DNA of 64,000 nucleotides from Betaproteobacteria bacterium (GTDB lineage Bacteria > Pseudomonadota > Gammaproteobacteria > Burkholderiales > SG8-39), in NCBI GenBank assembly GCA_031394435.1, contig JANNTQ010000081.1, positions 186 through 64,185 of the forward strand, written 5' to 3'. The first letter of the stretch is position 1. Each line of letters opens with the position of its first letter. A model generated the notes under the pieces. That model saw only the letters and a list, made by a program, of their open reading frames with translations, searched no databases and was not told where the DNA came from. A program made the translations under genes and the position numbers. This document shows positions 36,626 to 49,106 of the stretch, piece after piece.

Positions 36626-36633
36626 TTGATCAA
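36626..36633. promoter_or_regulatory. Palindrome TTGATCAA in the AT-rich patch upstream of rubrerythrin (possible operator)
   Basis: Perfect 8-bp palindrome inside the only AT-rich stretch (36598-36636) of the intergenic region. No known box could be assigned. Confidence 0.2.
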
Positions 36634-36712
36634 TGGTGCCGGCGGGCGTAACTTGGCTGCGCCAGCCGACGCAAGGTCCGGCAAGTCCACGTTGCAGCAC
36701 AAGGAGACAGCG

Positions 36713-37135
36713 ATGAAAGCACTCAAAGGCACGAGAACCCACGACAACCTGAAGGCCGCCTTCGCCGGCGAATCGCAGGCCAACCGCAGATACTTGTACT
36801 TCGCCGCCAAAGCCGACGTGGAAGGCCAGAATGATGTCTCGGCGCTGTTTCGCTCCACCGCCGAAGGCGAGACCGGGCACGCGCACGGCCACCTCGAGTA
36901 CCTGGAGCAAGTGGGCGATCCGGCAACCGACCTGCCGATCGGGCGCACGCGCGACAACCTGAAAGCGGCGGTGGCGGGCGAGACGCACGAGTACACCGAC
37001 ATGTACCCCGGCATGGCGAAGGCAGCGCGCGGCGAAGGCTTCGCGGAGATCGCGGACTGGTTCGAGACGCTCGCCAAGGCCGAGCGCAGCCATGCCAACC
37101 GCTTCCAGAAGGCCCTCGACGCCTTGGCGGATTGA
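36713..37135 (+). CDS. Rubrerythrin-family diiron protein (no rubredoxin domain)
   Basis: 140 aa, two ExxH ferritin-like halves (..[20 protein letters not shown].. and ..[21 protein letters not shown]..); AAGGAG upstream. Confidence 0.88.
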   Translation: MKALKGTRTHDNLKAAFAGESQANRRYLYFAAKADVEGQNDVSALFRSTAEGETGHAHGHLEYLEQVGDPATDLPIGRTRDNLKAAVAGETHEYTDMYPGMAKAARGEGFAEIADWFETLAKAERSHANRFQKALDALAD

Positions 37136-37719
37136 TGATGGCGCAAATCGAGCGCCGCAGCCTGCTGTCGCTCGAAGCCTACGCGCGCGAACGCCACGCG
37201 TTTCGCGCGCGCGTCATCGAGCACAAGAAGCGCCGCACGGTCCACCTCGGCGATCACGTCACGCTGATCTTCGAGGACGAGCTGACGGTCCGCTACCAGA
37301 TCCAGGAGATGCTGCGCATCGAGCGCATCTTCGAGGAGACCGGCATCGAGGACGAGCTCGAGGTCTACAACCCGCTGGTGCCCGACGGCGGCAACCTGAA
37401 GGCCACCATGATGATCGAGTACACGGACGTCGCTGAACGCCAGCGCAGCCTGGCACAGCTCAAGGGCATCGAGGACCGGGTGTGGCTGCAGGTGGCAGGC
37501 GGCGTACGCGTCTACGCCATCGCCGACGAGGACCTGGAGCGCGAAAACGACGAGAAGACGTCGGCGGTGCATTTCCTGCGCTTCGAGCTGGACCAGGAAA
37601 TGCGCAACACCCTGCGCTATGGCGTCGGGTTGGCGATGGGAATCGATCACCGCCAGTACCAGGCAAACGTCGAGGTGGCGCCGGAGATCCGCGCCGCACT
37701 CCTCGCCGATCTCGCCTGA
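37135..37719 (+). CDS. DUF3501 family protein
   Basis: 194 aa; the start overlaps the rubrerythrin stop (TGATG). Sequence ..[27 protein letters not shown].. is typical of DUF3501, which is commonly rubrerythrin-linked. Confidence 0.7.
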   Translation: MMAQIERRSLLSLEAYARERHAFRARVIEHKKRRTVHLGDHVTLIFEDELTVRYQIQEMLRIERIFEETGIEDELEVYNPLVPDGGNLKATMMIEYTDVAERQRSLAQLKGIEDRVWLQVAGGVRVYAIADEDLERENDEKTSAVHFLRFELDQEMRNTLRYGVGLAMGIDHRQYQANVEVAPEIRAALLADLA

Positions 37720-37727
37720 GCAGCAGC

Positions 37728-38240
37728 GTGCGGCGCCTGGCCGCGCTACTGCTGTTGGTCGGCGCCGCGGCCGCCTGGGCGCAGCCCAAGTCCGACTGGG
37801 AGCGCCTGGACGAGCAGCGCAACTGGCTGGAGATTGAGTCGGCGCCTCCGTCTTTGCCTCTGCGCGAGGAGCGCCTGCCGTTCTTCGTGAGCTCCGCCAG
37901 CGACTTCCGCTTCTTCGTGGACCGTCCTTCAATCTCGGTCGGCAAGGACGGCGTGGTGCGTTACACGCTGATCGCGTTGAGCCCGCTTGGTGCTGAAAAC
38001 GTCAGCTTTGAGGGTGTGCGCTGCAAGAGCCGCGAGCACAAGACCTACGCCACCGGGCGCGCGGACGGCAGCTGGTCGCGCCGCGAAGGCCCATGGCGGC
38101 GTGCCACGCAGAGCTGGCAGCAGGTGCTGCGGGTGGAGTACTTTTGCCCCCAAGGCGTGCCGATCGCAACCGCGGCCGAGGGCATCGAGGCGCTCAGGCG
38201 CGGCGGGCATCCCGACAAGGGCCACGTCAGCCACGATTAG
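37728..38240 (+). CDS. CNP1-like periplasmic protein
   Basis: GTG start and a signal peptide ([17 protein letters not shown]). ..[34 protein letters not shown].. resembles the CNP1 family. Confidence 0.6.
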   Translation: MRRLAALLLLVGAAAAWAQPKSDWERLDEQRNWLEIESAPPSLPLREERLPFFVSSASDFRFFVDRPSISVGKDGVVRYTLIALSPLGAENVSFEGVRCKSREHKTYATGRADGSWSRREGPWRRATQSWQQVLRVEYFCPQGVPIATAAEGIEALRRGGHPDKGHVSHD

Positions 38241-38246
38241 CCGGCG

Positions 38247-39365
38247 CTACAGCAGTACCAGGTTGTCGCGATGGATCAGCTCGGGCTGGTCGATGTAGCC
38301 CAGGATGGATTCGATCTCGCTCGAAGGCCGGCGCATGATGAGCCGCGCCTCGGTGGCCGAGTAATTCGCCAGGCCGCGCGCGACCTCGCGGCCCTCCGGG
38401 CCGTCGCAGCCGACAAGTGCACCGCGCTCGAAATCCCCGCTCACCGCCGTCACGCCGATCGGCAGCAGGCTCTTGCCGTCGCGCACCAGGGCGCGAGCGG
38501 CGCCGGCGTCCAATGCGAGCCGCCCACCCACCGTGACGTGATCCGCCAGCCACTGCTTGCGCGCTGCCAGCGGCGTGGTCTGCGACAGCAGCAGGGTGCC
38601 GATGCGCTCGCCCCGCGCCAGGCGCACCAGCACTTCGGGCTCGTGTCCCGAGGCGATCGCGGTGTGCGCGCCGCTGCGCGCCGCGCGCTTGGCGGCCAGC
38701 ACCTTGGTGATCATGCCGCCGCGCGCAAGGCTCGAGCCGGCCCCCCCAGCCACCGCCTCGAGGCGAGGCTCGCCGGCGATGGCCTCCTCGATAAGCTTGG
38801 CCGCAGGCGCATGCCGTGGATCGGCGTCGTACAACCCGGCCTGGTCCGTGAGGATCACCAGGGCATCGGCCTCCACCAGGTTGGTCACCAGCGCTGCAAG
38901 CGTGTCGTTGTCGCCGACTTTGATCTCGTCGGTGACCACGGTGTCGTTCTCGTTGATCACCGGAATCACGCCCAGCTTGAGCAAGGTCAGCAGCGTGGAG
39001 CGTGCGTTGAGGTAGCGCTGCCGGTCTGCCAGGTCGGCATGCGTCAACAGCACTTGGGCGGTGGCGATGCCGTGCTTGCGAAAGCAGGTTTCGTAGCATT
39101 GCACCAGGCCCATCTGTCCCACTGCCGCCGCTGCCTGCAGTTCGTTAAGGGCGTGCGGGCGCTGGCTCCAGCCCAGGCGCTGCAGTCCCTCGGCGATCGC
39201 ACCCGAGGACACCAGCACGCAACGCCGGCCGAGCGCGCGCAACTGCGCGATCTGCGCCGCCCAGCGCGCGATCGCCGCCACGTCCAGGCCACGGCCCTGG
39301 TTGGTGACCAGCGAGCTGCCGACCTTTACGATCAGCGTCTGCGCGGCCGCGAGCTGTGTCGCCAT
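38247..39365 (-). CDS. proB: Glutamate 5-kinase
   Basis: 372 aa from [21 protein letters not shown]..; C-terminal PUA domain. Confidence 0.94.
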   Translation of the reverse strand: MATQLAAAQTLIVKVGSSLVTNQGRGLDVAAIARWAAQIAQLRALGRRCVLVSSGAIAEGLQRLGWSQRPHALNELQAAAAVGQMGLVQCYETCFRKHGIATAQVLLTHADLADRQRYLNARSTLLTLLKLGVIPVINENDTVVTDEIKVGDNDTLAALVTNLVEADALVILTDQAGLYDADPRHAPAAKLIEEAIAGEPRLEAVAGGAGSSLARGGMITKVLAAKRAARSGAHTAIASGHEPEVLVRLARGERIGTLLLSQTTPLAARKQWLADHVTVGGRLALDAGAARALVRDGKSLLPIGVTAVSGDFERGALVGCDGPEGREVARGLANYSATEARLIMRRPSSEIESILGYIDQPELIHRDNLVLL

Positions 39366-39370
39366 CCGCT

Positions 39371-40405
39371 TCAGGCCGCGCGCCGCGCGCGCGACCCCTT
39401 CGCAGCTTGGGCGAGGAACCGATAGGCCGCGTTGCAAAGCTCACGGCAACCGGCACCGTTCAATGCGCTGACCTTGAACCAGGGCCCTTTCCAGCGCAGC
39501 GCGCGGCGCAGGCGCGCGATGCGCGCATCGGCGTCCGCCACCGCGTCGATCTTGTTGAACACCAGCCAACGCGGCTTGCGGTACAGCGGCTCGTCGTATT
39601 TCTTCAGTTCCTGCACCAGGGCGCGAGCGTCCTGCGCGGGATCGGCTTGCGGATCGGGCGGCGCGATGTCCACCAGGTGCAGCAGCAGGCGCGTGCGCGA
39701 GAGGTGCCGCAGGAACTGGTGGCCGAGCCCTGCACCCTCGGCGGCTCCCTCGATCAGCCCCGGGATGTCGGCGATGACGAAGCTCGCCTCTGACGCGATG
39801 CGCACCACGCCCAGCGAAGGGTTGAGAGTGGTGAACGGGTAATCCGCCACCTTCGGCCGCGCGCTGGAAACGGCGCGCACCAGGGTGGACTTACCGGCAT
39901 TCGGCAGGCCGAGCAGGCCGACATCGGCCAGCACGCGCAATTCGAGCGCCAGCGCGCGGCTTTCCCCGGGCAGGCCGCGCGTGTACTGGCGCGGCGCGCG
40001 GTTGATGCTGGACTTGAAATGCAGGTTGCCGAGGCCGCCCTGGCCGCCTTTGGCGAGCAGCGCGCGCTCTCCATCGCGCGCCAGGTCGGCGATCAGGTCA
40101 CTACTCGCCGCTTCGCGCACGAGGGTGCCCACGGGCACGCGCAGCTCGATGTCGCGGCCGCCGCGGCCATACTTGTCCGAGCCGCGCCCCGCATCGCCGT
40201 CTTCTGCCCGATGGATGCGCGCAAAGCGGTAGTCGATCAGCGTATTCAGGTTGCGATCGGCCACCGCCCATACGCTGCCGCCGCGTCCGCCGTCGCCGCC
40301 GCTCGGTCCGCCGCGCGGAACGGACCTCTCGCGCCGGAACGCAGCGCTGCCGTCACCGCCCTTGCCGGCATGCACTTCGATTTTTGCTTCGTCGATGAAT
40401 TTCAT
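39371..40405 (-). CDS. obgE: GTPase ObgE/CgtA
   Basis: [26 protein letters not shown].., G1 motif GLPNAGKST. Confidence 0.96.
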   Translation of the reverse strand: MKFIDEAKIEVHAGKGGDGSAAFRRERSVPRGGPSGGDGGRGGSVWAVADRNLNTLIDYRFARIHRAEDGDAGRGSDKYGRGGRDIELRVPVGTLVREAASSDLIADLARDGERALLAKGGQGGLGNLHFKSSINRAPRQYTRGLPGESRALALELRVLADVGLLGLPNAGKSTLVRAVSSARPKVADYPFTTLNPSLGVVRIASEASFVIADIPGLIEGAAEGAGLGHQFLRHLSRTRLLLHLVDIAPPDPQADPAQDARALVQELKKYDEPLYRKPRWLVFNKIDAVADADARIARLRRALRWKGPWFKVSALNGAGCRELCNAAYRFLAQAAKGSRARRAA

Positions 40406-40416
40406 GGCCTGGAAAT

Positions 40417-40446
40417 GAAAAAGCCCTACCGCGACCGATAGGGCTT
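40417..40446 (-). terminator. Rho-independent terminator/attenuator between rpmA and obgE
   Basis: Minus strand: AGCCCTA-N10-TAGGGCT followed by TTTTTC. Confidence 0.65.
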
Positions 40447-40463
40447 CGCGGGAGCGGGCTCGT

Positions 40464-40721
40464 CTACGCCGGGACGATGCTCACGGTCTGCCTGCTGGCG
40501 GCGCCTTTCACTGCGAACTGCACTTTTCCCGCCACCCGTGCGAACAGGGTATGGTCGCGCCCCATGCCGACATTGCTGCCGGGATGCACCCGGGTGCCGC
40601 GTTGCCGCACCAGGATCTGCCCAGCATTGACTTGCTCGCCGCCATAGGCTTTTACGCCTAGCCGCTTGGCCTGTGAATCGCGTCCGTTGCGCGAGCTGCC
40701 GCCCGCTTTCTTGTGTGCCAT
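40464..40721 (-). CDS. rpmA: 50S ribosomal protein L27
   Basis: [24 protein letters not shown].. from the ATG at 40721. Confidence 0.96.
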   Translation of the reverse strand: MAHKKAGGSSRNGRDSQAKRLGVKAYGGEQVNAGQILVRQRGTRVHPGSNVGMGRDHTLFARVAGKVQFAVKGAASRQTVSIVPA

Positions 40722-40737
40722 GTCCTCAGCTCCCTGC

Positions 40738-41055
40738 TCAGGCCCCGCCGACAATGTCGTCGATGCGGATCTCGGTGTAATTCTGGCGATGTCCCTGTGA
40801 TTTCTGGAAATGCTTGCGCCGGCGCAGCTTGAAAATCCTGACCTTGTCGCCGCGGCCGTGCGCGAGCACCGTGGCCTTGACCGTGGCGCCGGCTAGCAGC
40901 GGCGTGCCGACGCGCACCGCGTCGCCGTTGCCGACCGCCAGCACCTGGTCAAAGGAAACCGCGGCGCCGACGTCCGCGGGGAGAGTCTCGACGCGCAGCT
41001 GCTCGCCCGACTTGACCCGGTATTGCTTGCCGCCGGTCTTGATGATTGCGTACAT
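40738..41055 (-). CDS. rplU: 50S ribosomal protein L21
   Basis: [23 protein letters not shown]... Confidence 0.96.
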   Translation of the reverse strand: MYAIIKTGGKQYRVKSGEQLRVETLPADVGAAVSFDQVLAVGNGDAVRVGTPLLAGATVKATVLAHGRGDKVRIFKLRRRKHFQKSQGHRQNYTEIRIDDIVGGA

Positions 41056-41093
41056 GGGAAACCCGTTGCCAACCTGATCTGTAAAGACTTGGA

Positions 41094-41123
41094 ATTATAG
41101 GAGATTCCGGCTGCGGCCGTCAA
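41094..41123 (-). promoter_or_regulatory. sigma70-type promoter of the rplU-rpmA(-obgE-proB) operon
   Basis: Minus strand: TTGACG-N18-TATAAT, about 32 nt upstream of the rplU ATG. Confidence 0.65.
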
Positions 41124-41161
41124 AGACTTGTATGCTACGGTTCGTGCCCGCCGCGCCCGCC

Positions 41162-42148
41162 ATGTCCGCCATACCCGCGACCACCGCCAGCGCATTCCTA
41201 GCCCCCGTCGCCGAGGACATGCAGCAGGTGGACGCGCTGATCCGCACGCGCCTCACCTCCGACGTGGGATTGGTCAGGCAGGTTGCCGAGTACATCGTGG
41301 CCGGCGGCGGCAAACGCCTGCGCCCGTCGCTGGTGTTGCTGGCCGCGGGTGCGGTCGGCTTCCGCGGCCAGGCGCGGCTGGAACTCGCCGCGGTGGTGGA
41401 GTTCATCCACACCGCAACGCTGCTGCACGACGACGTGGTGGACGAATCACAGCTGCGCCGCGGGCGCCGCACCGCCAACGCGGCTTTCGGCAACGCCGCT
41501 TCCGTGCTGGTCGGCGATTTCCTGTATTCACGCGCCTTCCAGATGATGGTCGGCCTGGACAGCATGCGCGTGATGCGCGTGTTGGCGGACGCCACCAATA
41601 CCATCGCCGAAGGCGAGGTGCTGCAGCTGATGAACTGCCACGACCCGGACGTGGACGAGGCGCGTTACCTCGACGTGGTGCGCAGGAAGACTGCCAAGCT
41701 GTTCGAGGCAGCGGCGCGCATCGGCGCGATTCTCGGCGGCGCCGCGCCCGCCGTGGAGGAGGGACTGGCCGCCTACGGCATGCACCTCGGCACGGCCTTC
41801 CAGGTGGTCGACGACGTGCTCGACTACTCCGGGGAGGCCGAGGAGACCGGCAAGAGCCTGGGCGATGACCTCGCCGAGGGCAAGCCGACGTTGCCGGTGA
41901 TCCGCGCGATGCAGGCGGCGGGCCCGCGCGAGCGCGCACTGGTGCGCCGCGCGATCTTGGATGGCGGCCGCGAAGGCTTCGCGCCGGTGCTGGCGGCGAT
42001 CAGGGCCAGCGGGGCGCTCGACTACGCCCGCGATGTGGCAACGCGCGAGGCCGCAGTGGCGGCCGCCGCCCTGCACGGGCTGGCAGCGTCACCCTACCGG
42101 AGTTCTTTGCTAGAATTGGCGTCCTTTTCAGTGACGCGCCGCAGCTAG
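41162..42148 (+). CDS. ispB: Octaprenyl-diphosphate synthase (polyprenyl synthetase family)
   Basis: DDxxD motifs (LLHDDVVDES, FQVVDDVLDY). An alternative start exists at 41132. Confidence 0.9.
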   Translation: MSAIPATTASAFLAPVAEDMQQVDALIRTRLTSDVGLVRQVAEYIVAGGGKRLRPSLVLLAAGAVGFRGQARLELAAVVEFIHTATLLHDDVVDESQLRRGRRTANAAFGNAASVLVGDFLYSRAFQMMVGLDSMRVMRVLADATNTIAEGEVLQLMNCHDPDVDEARYLDVVRRKTAKLFEAAARIGAILGGAAPAVEEGLAAYGMHLGTAFQVVDDVLDYSGEAEETGKSLGDDLAEGKPTLPVIRAMQAAGPRERALVRRAILDGGREGFAPVLAAIRASGALDYARDVATREAAVAAAALHGLAASPYRSSLLELASFSVTRRS

Positions 42149-42162
42149 TTTTTCCTGCACGT

Positions 42163-42239
42163 CGGGGTGTAGCTCAGCCTGGTAGAGTACTGCGTTCGGG
42201 ACGCAGGTGTCGCTGGTTCGAATCCAGTCACCCCGACCA
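42163..42239 (+). tRNA. tRNA-Pro (anticodon CGG)
   Basis: Acceptor CGGGGTG/CACCCCG, anticodon arm CTGCG-TTCGGGA-CGCAG, T arm GCTGG-TTCGAAT-CCAGT, encoded CCA. Confidence 0.9.
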
Positions 42240-42272
42240 ATCCTGTTCACCTGGATTTCCTAGAATAGCGCC

Positions 42273-42488
42273 ATGGGACGCCTGATCCTGCTCGCGCTCG
42301 CCGTGCTGGTGCTGGTGTGGCTGGTGCGCCGCGCGCTGCGCGCGCGCGGCAGGCGGGCGCCGCCGCCAGCGGAGCTGGTCGGTTGCGCGCACTGCGGTGT
42401 GCTGCTGCCGCGCGCCGAGGCGCGCAGCGCGGACGGTGCGCAGTACTGCAGCGAAGAGCACGCGCGCCTCGGTCGGCGGCGGCCCTGA
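42273..42488 (+). CDS. PP0621-family small protein (N-terminal TM plus CxxC..YCSxxH zinc-finger-like tail)
   Basis: 71 aa, ..LVGCAHCGVLLPRAEA....QYCSEEHARLG..; typical partner of the following kinase/regulator pair. Confidence 0.7.
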   Translation: MGRLILLALAVLVLVWLVRRALRARGRRAPPPAELVGCAHCGVLLPRAEARSADGAQYCSEEHARLGRRRP

Positions 42489-44083
42489 TGGCGAACCCGG
42501 CCTACGCCCCGCTGTTTGCGCGCGAAGACCGCCCGCCCGAGTCCTACTGGATCTCGCTGCAGTACTTCAACCTGTACCGCATCGTGATCGCGATGGTGTT
42601 CTTCATCGCTTCCTACTTCGAGCACGAGCCGGTCAATTTCGGCGCGCACGACCTGCGCCTGTTCCGCGCCGTATGCATCGGCTACCTGGCGCTCGGCATC
42701 GGGCTGCAGTTGGTCATGCGCTCGGTGCGCGAGCGCTTCAACCTGCAGCTTTCGCTGCACGCGCTGCTCGACGTGATCACCATCCCGCTGCTCATGTACG
42801 CCAGTGGCGGCATGCGCAGCGGCCTGGGCGTGATGCTGCTGATTTCGCTTACCGGCGCGGGCTTGGTGGCGCCGCTGCGCCTGAACTTCCTGTATGCCGC
42901 GCTGGCGACCATCGCAGTGCTGCTGGAAGAGAGCTACTGGGTACTGGCGCTCGACCTGCCTTCGGCGAGCGTGGTGCCGGCGGGATTGCTGTCGATGGGC
43001 TACTTCGCCACCGCGGGCGCCACCGGCTGGCTGGCGCAGCGCCTCGCCGTCAACGAGCGCCTGGCGCGCGATCGCGGGCGCGAGCTCGCCAACCAGATGC
43101 GCGTCAACCAGCTGGTGATCGCCGACATGCAGGACGGCGTACTGGTGCTGGACCGTCAGGGCCGCGTGGTGGAGCACAACCCGCAGGCGATGCGGCTGCT
43201 CGGCATGGATGCGCTGCGCGGCCTGGCGCTCGGTGCCGTGCTGCCGGGGCTGGCGCAGCGTTGGCGCGCCTGGCGCGACGCGGGCGGCAGGCCCGCGGTG
43301 TCGGTCGACCTCGAGGCGCGCGGCAAGGAAGTGCGCACACGCCTGCTCGATACCGGCGGCGAGGATCGCTTGACGGTGGTGTTCGTCGAGGACATGACGC
43401 GCTCGCGCGAGCAGGCGCAGCAGCTCAAGCTGGCCGCGCTGGGCACGCTCACCGCCAACATCGCGCACGAGATCCGTAATCCGCTGTCGGCGATCAGCCA
43501 CGCCTCCGAACTGCTCGTCGAGGAGCGTCGCGACCAGGACCGCAGCCGCCTGACGCGCATCATCCACGACAACACGCTGCGGCTGGAGCGCCTGGTCGCC
43601 GACGTGCTGCAGCTCAACCGGCGAGACCGCGTGGCCACCGAGCGCATTGCGCTCAACGCCTGGCTGCGCGCCTTCGTCGAGGAATTCAACGCCAATGAAG
43701 CGGTGCCCGCCGGGCGCATTGCGCTCGAGCCATCGCTCGACGCGTGGGTTGATTTCGACCGCGAGCACCTGCGCCAGGTGCTGTGGAACCTGCTGCGCAA
43801 CGCGGTGCGGCACGCGCGCACCGGCGCCGGCAGCGTGCGCCTCGCAGTGAGGGCATTCGGCGATCAAGTAGAATTGAATGTCGTTGACGACGGCCCTGGC
43901 GTGTCCGCGTCCATGCAGGGACAGTTGTTCGAGCCGTTCTTCACCACCGACAGCAAGGGGACCGGACTGGGCCTATACCTCGCGCGCGAGCTGAGCGCCG
44001 CCAACCGAGCCCGGCTCGAGTACCTTGCCGACCTGCCGGGCGCGCATTTCCGCTTGGTGTGTCGCGGCGGGGCGGCACCTTGA
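42488..44083 (+). CDS. PilS/NtrB-type sensor histidine kinase (multi-TM, PAS, HisKA, HATPase)
   Basis: H-box ..LTANIAHEIRNPLSAI..; N, G1 and G2 boxes ..DDGPGV..GTGLGLYLAREL..; the start overlaps the upstream stop (TGATG). Confidence 0.88.
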   Translation: MANPAYAPLFAREDRPPESYWISLQYFNLYRIVIAMVFFIASYFEHEPVNFGAHDLRLFRAVCIGYLALGIGLQLVMRSVRERFNLQLSLHALLDVITIPLLMYASGGMRSGLGVMLLISLTGAGLVAPLRLNFLYAALATIAVLLEESYWVLALDLPSASVVPAGLLSMGYFATAGATGWLAQRLAVNERLARDRGRELANQMRVNQLVIADMQDGVLVLDRQGRVVEHNPQAMRLLGMDALRGLALGAVLPGLAQRWRAWRDAGGRPAVSVDLEARGKEVRTRLLDTGGEDRLTVVFVEDMTRSREQAQQLKLAALGTLTANIAHEIRNPLSAISHASELLVEERRDQDRSRLTRIIHDNTLRLERLVADVLQLNRRDRVATERIALNAWLRAFVEEFNANEAVPAGRIALEPSLDAWVDFDREHLRQVLWNLLRNAVRHARTGAGSVRLAVRAFGDQVELNVVDDGPGVSASMQGQLFEPFFTTDSKGTGLGLYLARELSAANRARLEYLADLPGAHFRLVCRGGAAP

Positions 44084-45459
44084 GGCGCGCCGAGCGCAGG
44101 CCCGCGCCGCGCGAGCGCCAGGTGCTGGTGGTCGACGACGAACCCGACATCCGCGAGCTGCTCGAGCTGACGCTGGCCAAGATGGGGTTGGGCGTGGTGG
44201 CGGTCGGCTCGATCGCAGAGGCGCGCGAGCAGCTGCAGCACGCGCGCTTCGAGCTGTGCCTCACCGACATGCGCCTGCCCGACGGCGAAGGGCTCGACCT
44301 GGTGCGCCACATCGGCAGCCTGCAGGCCGACCTGCCGGTGGCGGTGATCACCGCCCACGGCAGCGCCGAAAACGCGGTGGCGGCGCTCAAGGCTGGCGCC
44401 TTCGACTACGTATCCAAGCCGGTGGGCCTCGAGCAGCTGCGCGCGCTGGTCAAGTCCGCGCTGTCGCTGCCCGACCAGGCGACGGCGCCGGCGCGCGACC
44501 TGCCGTTGCTGGGCGGCAGCGCCCCGCTAGTGGAGGTGCGCGAATTGATCGGCAAGCTCGCACGCACCCAGGCGCCGGTGTACATCACCGGCGAATCGGG
44601 CAGCGGCAAGGAATTGGCGGCGCGGCTGATCCATGGCGAGGGCGCGCGCCGCGAGCGGCTGTTCGTGCCGGTGAACTGCGGCGCGATTCCGGAGAACCTG
44701 ATGGAGAGCGAATTCTTCGGCTACAAGAAGGGCGCATTCACCGGCGCGGAGCAGGATCGCGACGGCTTCTTCCAGGCGGCGCACGGCGGTACGCTGTTCC
44801 TCGACGAGGTGGCGGACCTGCCGCTGGCGATGCAGGTGAAGCTGCTGCGCGCGATCCAGGAGAAGCGCGTGCGCAAGGTCGGCGCCACGCAGGAGGACCC
44901 GGTTGACGTGCGCGTGATCAGCGCGACGCACCAGGACCTGGCGCGACTCGTCGAGGCGGCGAAATTCCGCCAGGACCTGTTCTACCGCCTGAACGTCATC
45001 GAGCTCAAGATGCCGCCACTGCGCGATTGCCGCGAAGACATCCCGTTGATCGCGGCGAGCATCCTGGAGCGCATCGCCCGCCAGTCGCGCGCCAGCGCGG
45101 CGCGGCTGTCCGCGGCCGCGCTGGAGGAACTGGCGCAATACGACTTCCCGGGCAATATCCGCGAGCTGGAAAACATCCTGGAGCGTGCCACGGCGCTGTC
45201 GGGCGAGGGGGAGATCGGCACCGAGGACCTGCGGCTCAGGCCGGCGCCCTCGGACGAGGCAGGCGCGCAGCCGGCAGAAGGCGCGCTCGGCGTGCCCTTG
45301 CCCGAGTACCTCGACCGCATCGAGCGCGAGGCGATCCTGGAGGCGCTCGCGCGCACCAGCTTCATCCGCACCGCCGCCGCCAAGCTGCTCGGCGTCACCT
45401 TCCGCACCCTGCGCTACCGCATGCAGAGGCTCGGCATCAAGGATGAGACTCGGCCCTGA
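44059..45459 (+). CDS. sigma54-dependent Fis-family response regulator (PilR/NtrC-like)
   Basis: REC (VLVVDDEPDIRE), AAA+ (GESGSGKE; GAFTGA loop KKGAFTGAE) and a C-terminal HTH. The start is uncertain: GTG 44059, or TTG 44080 overlapping the kinase stop. Confidence 0.9.
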   Translation: MSRRGGTLRRAERRPAPRERQVLVVDDEPDIRELLELTLAKMGLGVVAVGSIAEAREQLQHARFELCLTDMRLPDGEGLDLVRHIGSLQADLPVAVITAHGSAENAVAALKAGAFDYVSKPVGLEQLRALVKSALSLPDQATAPARDLPLLGGSAPLVEVRELIGKLARTQAPVYITGESGSGKELAARLIHGEGARRERLFVPVNCGAIPENLMESEFFGYKKGAFTGAEQDRDGFFQAAHGGTLFLDEVADLPLAMQVKLLRAIQEKRVRKVGATQEDPVDVRVISATHQDLARLVEAAKFRQDLFYRLNVIELKMPPLRDCREDIPLIAASILERIARQSRASAARLSAAALEELAQYDFPGNIRELENILERATALSGEGEIGTEDLRLRPAPSDEAGAQPAEGALGVPLPEYLDRIEREAILEALARTSFIRTAAAKLLGVTFRTLRYRMQRLGIKDETRP

Positions 45460-45985
45460 CGGGCGCATCGCGCGCGCGCGCTACGTCGCCTCGCCGAACT
45501 GCGATGCGCGCCCTGCCGGCGCGCAGATTTCCTTGCTGGTGCTGCACTCGATCAGCCTGCCGCCGGGCGAGTTCGGCGGCGACGCGGTCGAGCGCCTGTT
45601 CACCAACCGGCTCGACGCGGCGGCCCACCCGTACTACCGTGACATCGCGCACCTGCGCGTGTCGGCCCATTTCCTGGTGCGGCGCGACGGCGCTCTGGTG
45701 CAATTCGTGCCAGTGCAGCGGCGCGCCTGGCACGCCGGACTGTCGCGCTGGCGCGGGGCTGCATGCTGCAACGATTTTTCCGTCGGCATCGAGCTGGAAG
45801 GCACCGACCGCGCGCGCTACGCCGACGCACAGTATCGCTGCCTCGGCGCGCTGACGCGCGCCCTCGCCGCGCGGCTGGCGTTGCATGCCTGTGCGGCCCA
45901 TAGCGACGTGGCGCCGGCGCGCAAGACCGATCCCGGCGCGCACTTCAATTGGACGCGCTTTCACGCCGAACTGGTGGCCCGCTAG
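45443..45985 (+). CDS. ampD: 1,6-anhydro-N-acetylmuramyl-L-alanine amidase AmpD
   Basis: 180 aa, ..SPNCDARP..LVLHSISLPPGEFGG..SAHFLVRRDG..AWHAG...; overlaps the regulator 3' end by 17 nt. Confidence 0.88.
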   Translation: MRLGPDGRIARARYVASPNCDARPAGAQISLLVLHSISLPPGEFGGDAVERLFTNRLDAAAHPYYRDIAHLRVSAHFLVRRDGALVQFVPVQRRAWHAGLSRWRGAACCNDFSVGIELEGTDRARYADAQYRCLGALTRALAARLALHACAAHSDVAPARKTDPGAHFNWTRFHAELVAR

Positions 45986-46077
45986 ATCTTGTGGCTCCGG
46001 GGCGTGCACGCCCCGTCCCTAGTGGTTTCGCTGCACTGCGCAAAACATGCCGCCGGGCGCGCTGCGCGGCGTCGTGC

Positions 46078-46105
46078 TTGCAAAAAATAATCGCCGTGGT
46101 ACATT
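46078..46105 (+). promoter_or_regulatory. sigma70-type promoter of nrdAB
   Basis: TTGCAA-N16-TACATT, immediately upstream of the NrdR boxes. Confidence 0.5.
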
Positions 46106-46110
46106 GCGAC

Positions 46111-46124
46111 CACTAGAAGTAGTG
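46111..46124. promoter_or_regulatory. NrdR box 1
   Basis: CACTAGAAGTAGTG: inverted repeat CACTA/TAGTG matching the NrdR-box core. Confidence 0.7.
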
Positions 46125-46141
46125 AGCAATCAGTGCTTCAG

Positions 46142-46155
46142 CACTATATATTGTG
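46142..46155. promoter_or_regulatory. NrdR box 2
   Basis: CACTATATATTGTG. Its centre is 31 bp from box 1, the usual tandem NrdR-box spacing. Confidence 0.7.
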
Positions 46156-46250
46156 GTTTTAGTGCAGGTCGTCACAGAACCGTAGCCACACGGCGGGACG
46201 GCCGGGCCGGGACAGGTTGCCGCAGGGCAGCCGCGCACGGGAGACAGGAC

Positions 46251-49105
<2,855 letters not shown>

Positions 49106-49106
<1 letters not shown>

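Noticed and set aside
36598-36636. FNR/CRP-type box upstream of rubrerythrin.
   Set aside because: Only a contiguous palindrome TTGATCAA is present, not TTGAT-N4-ATCAA. It is kept only as an unassigned operator candidate.
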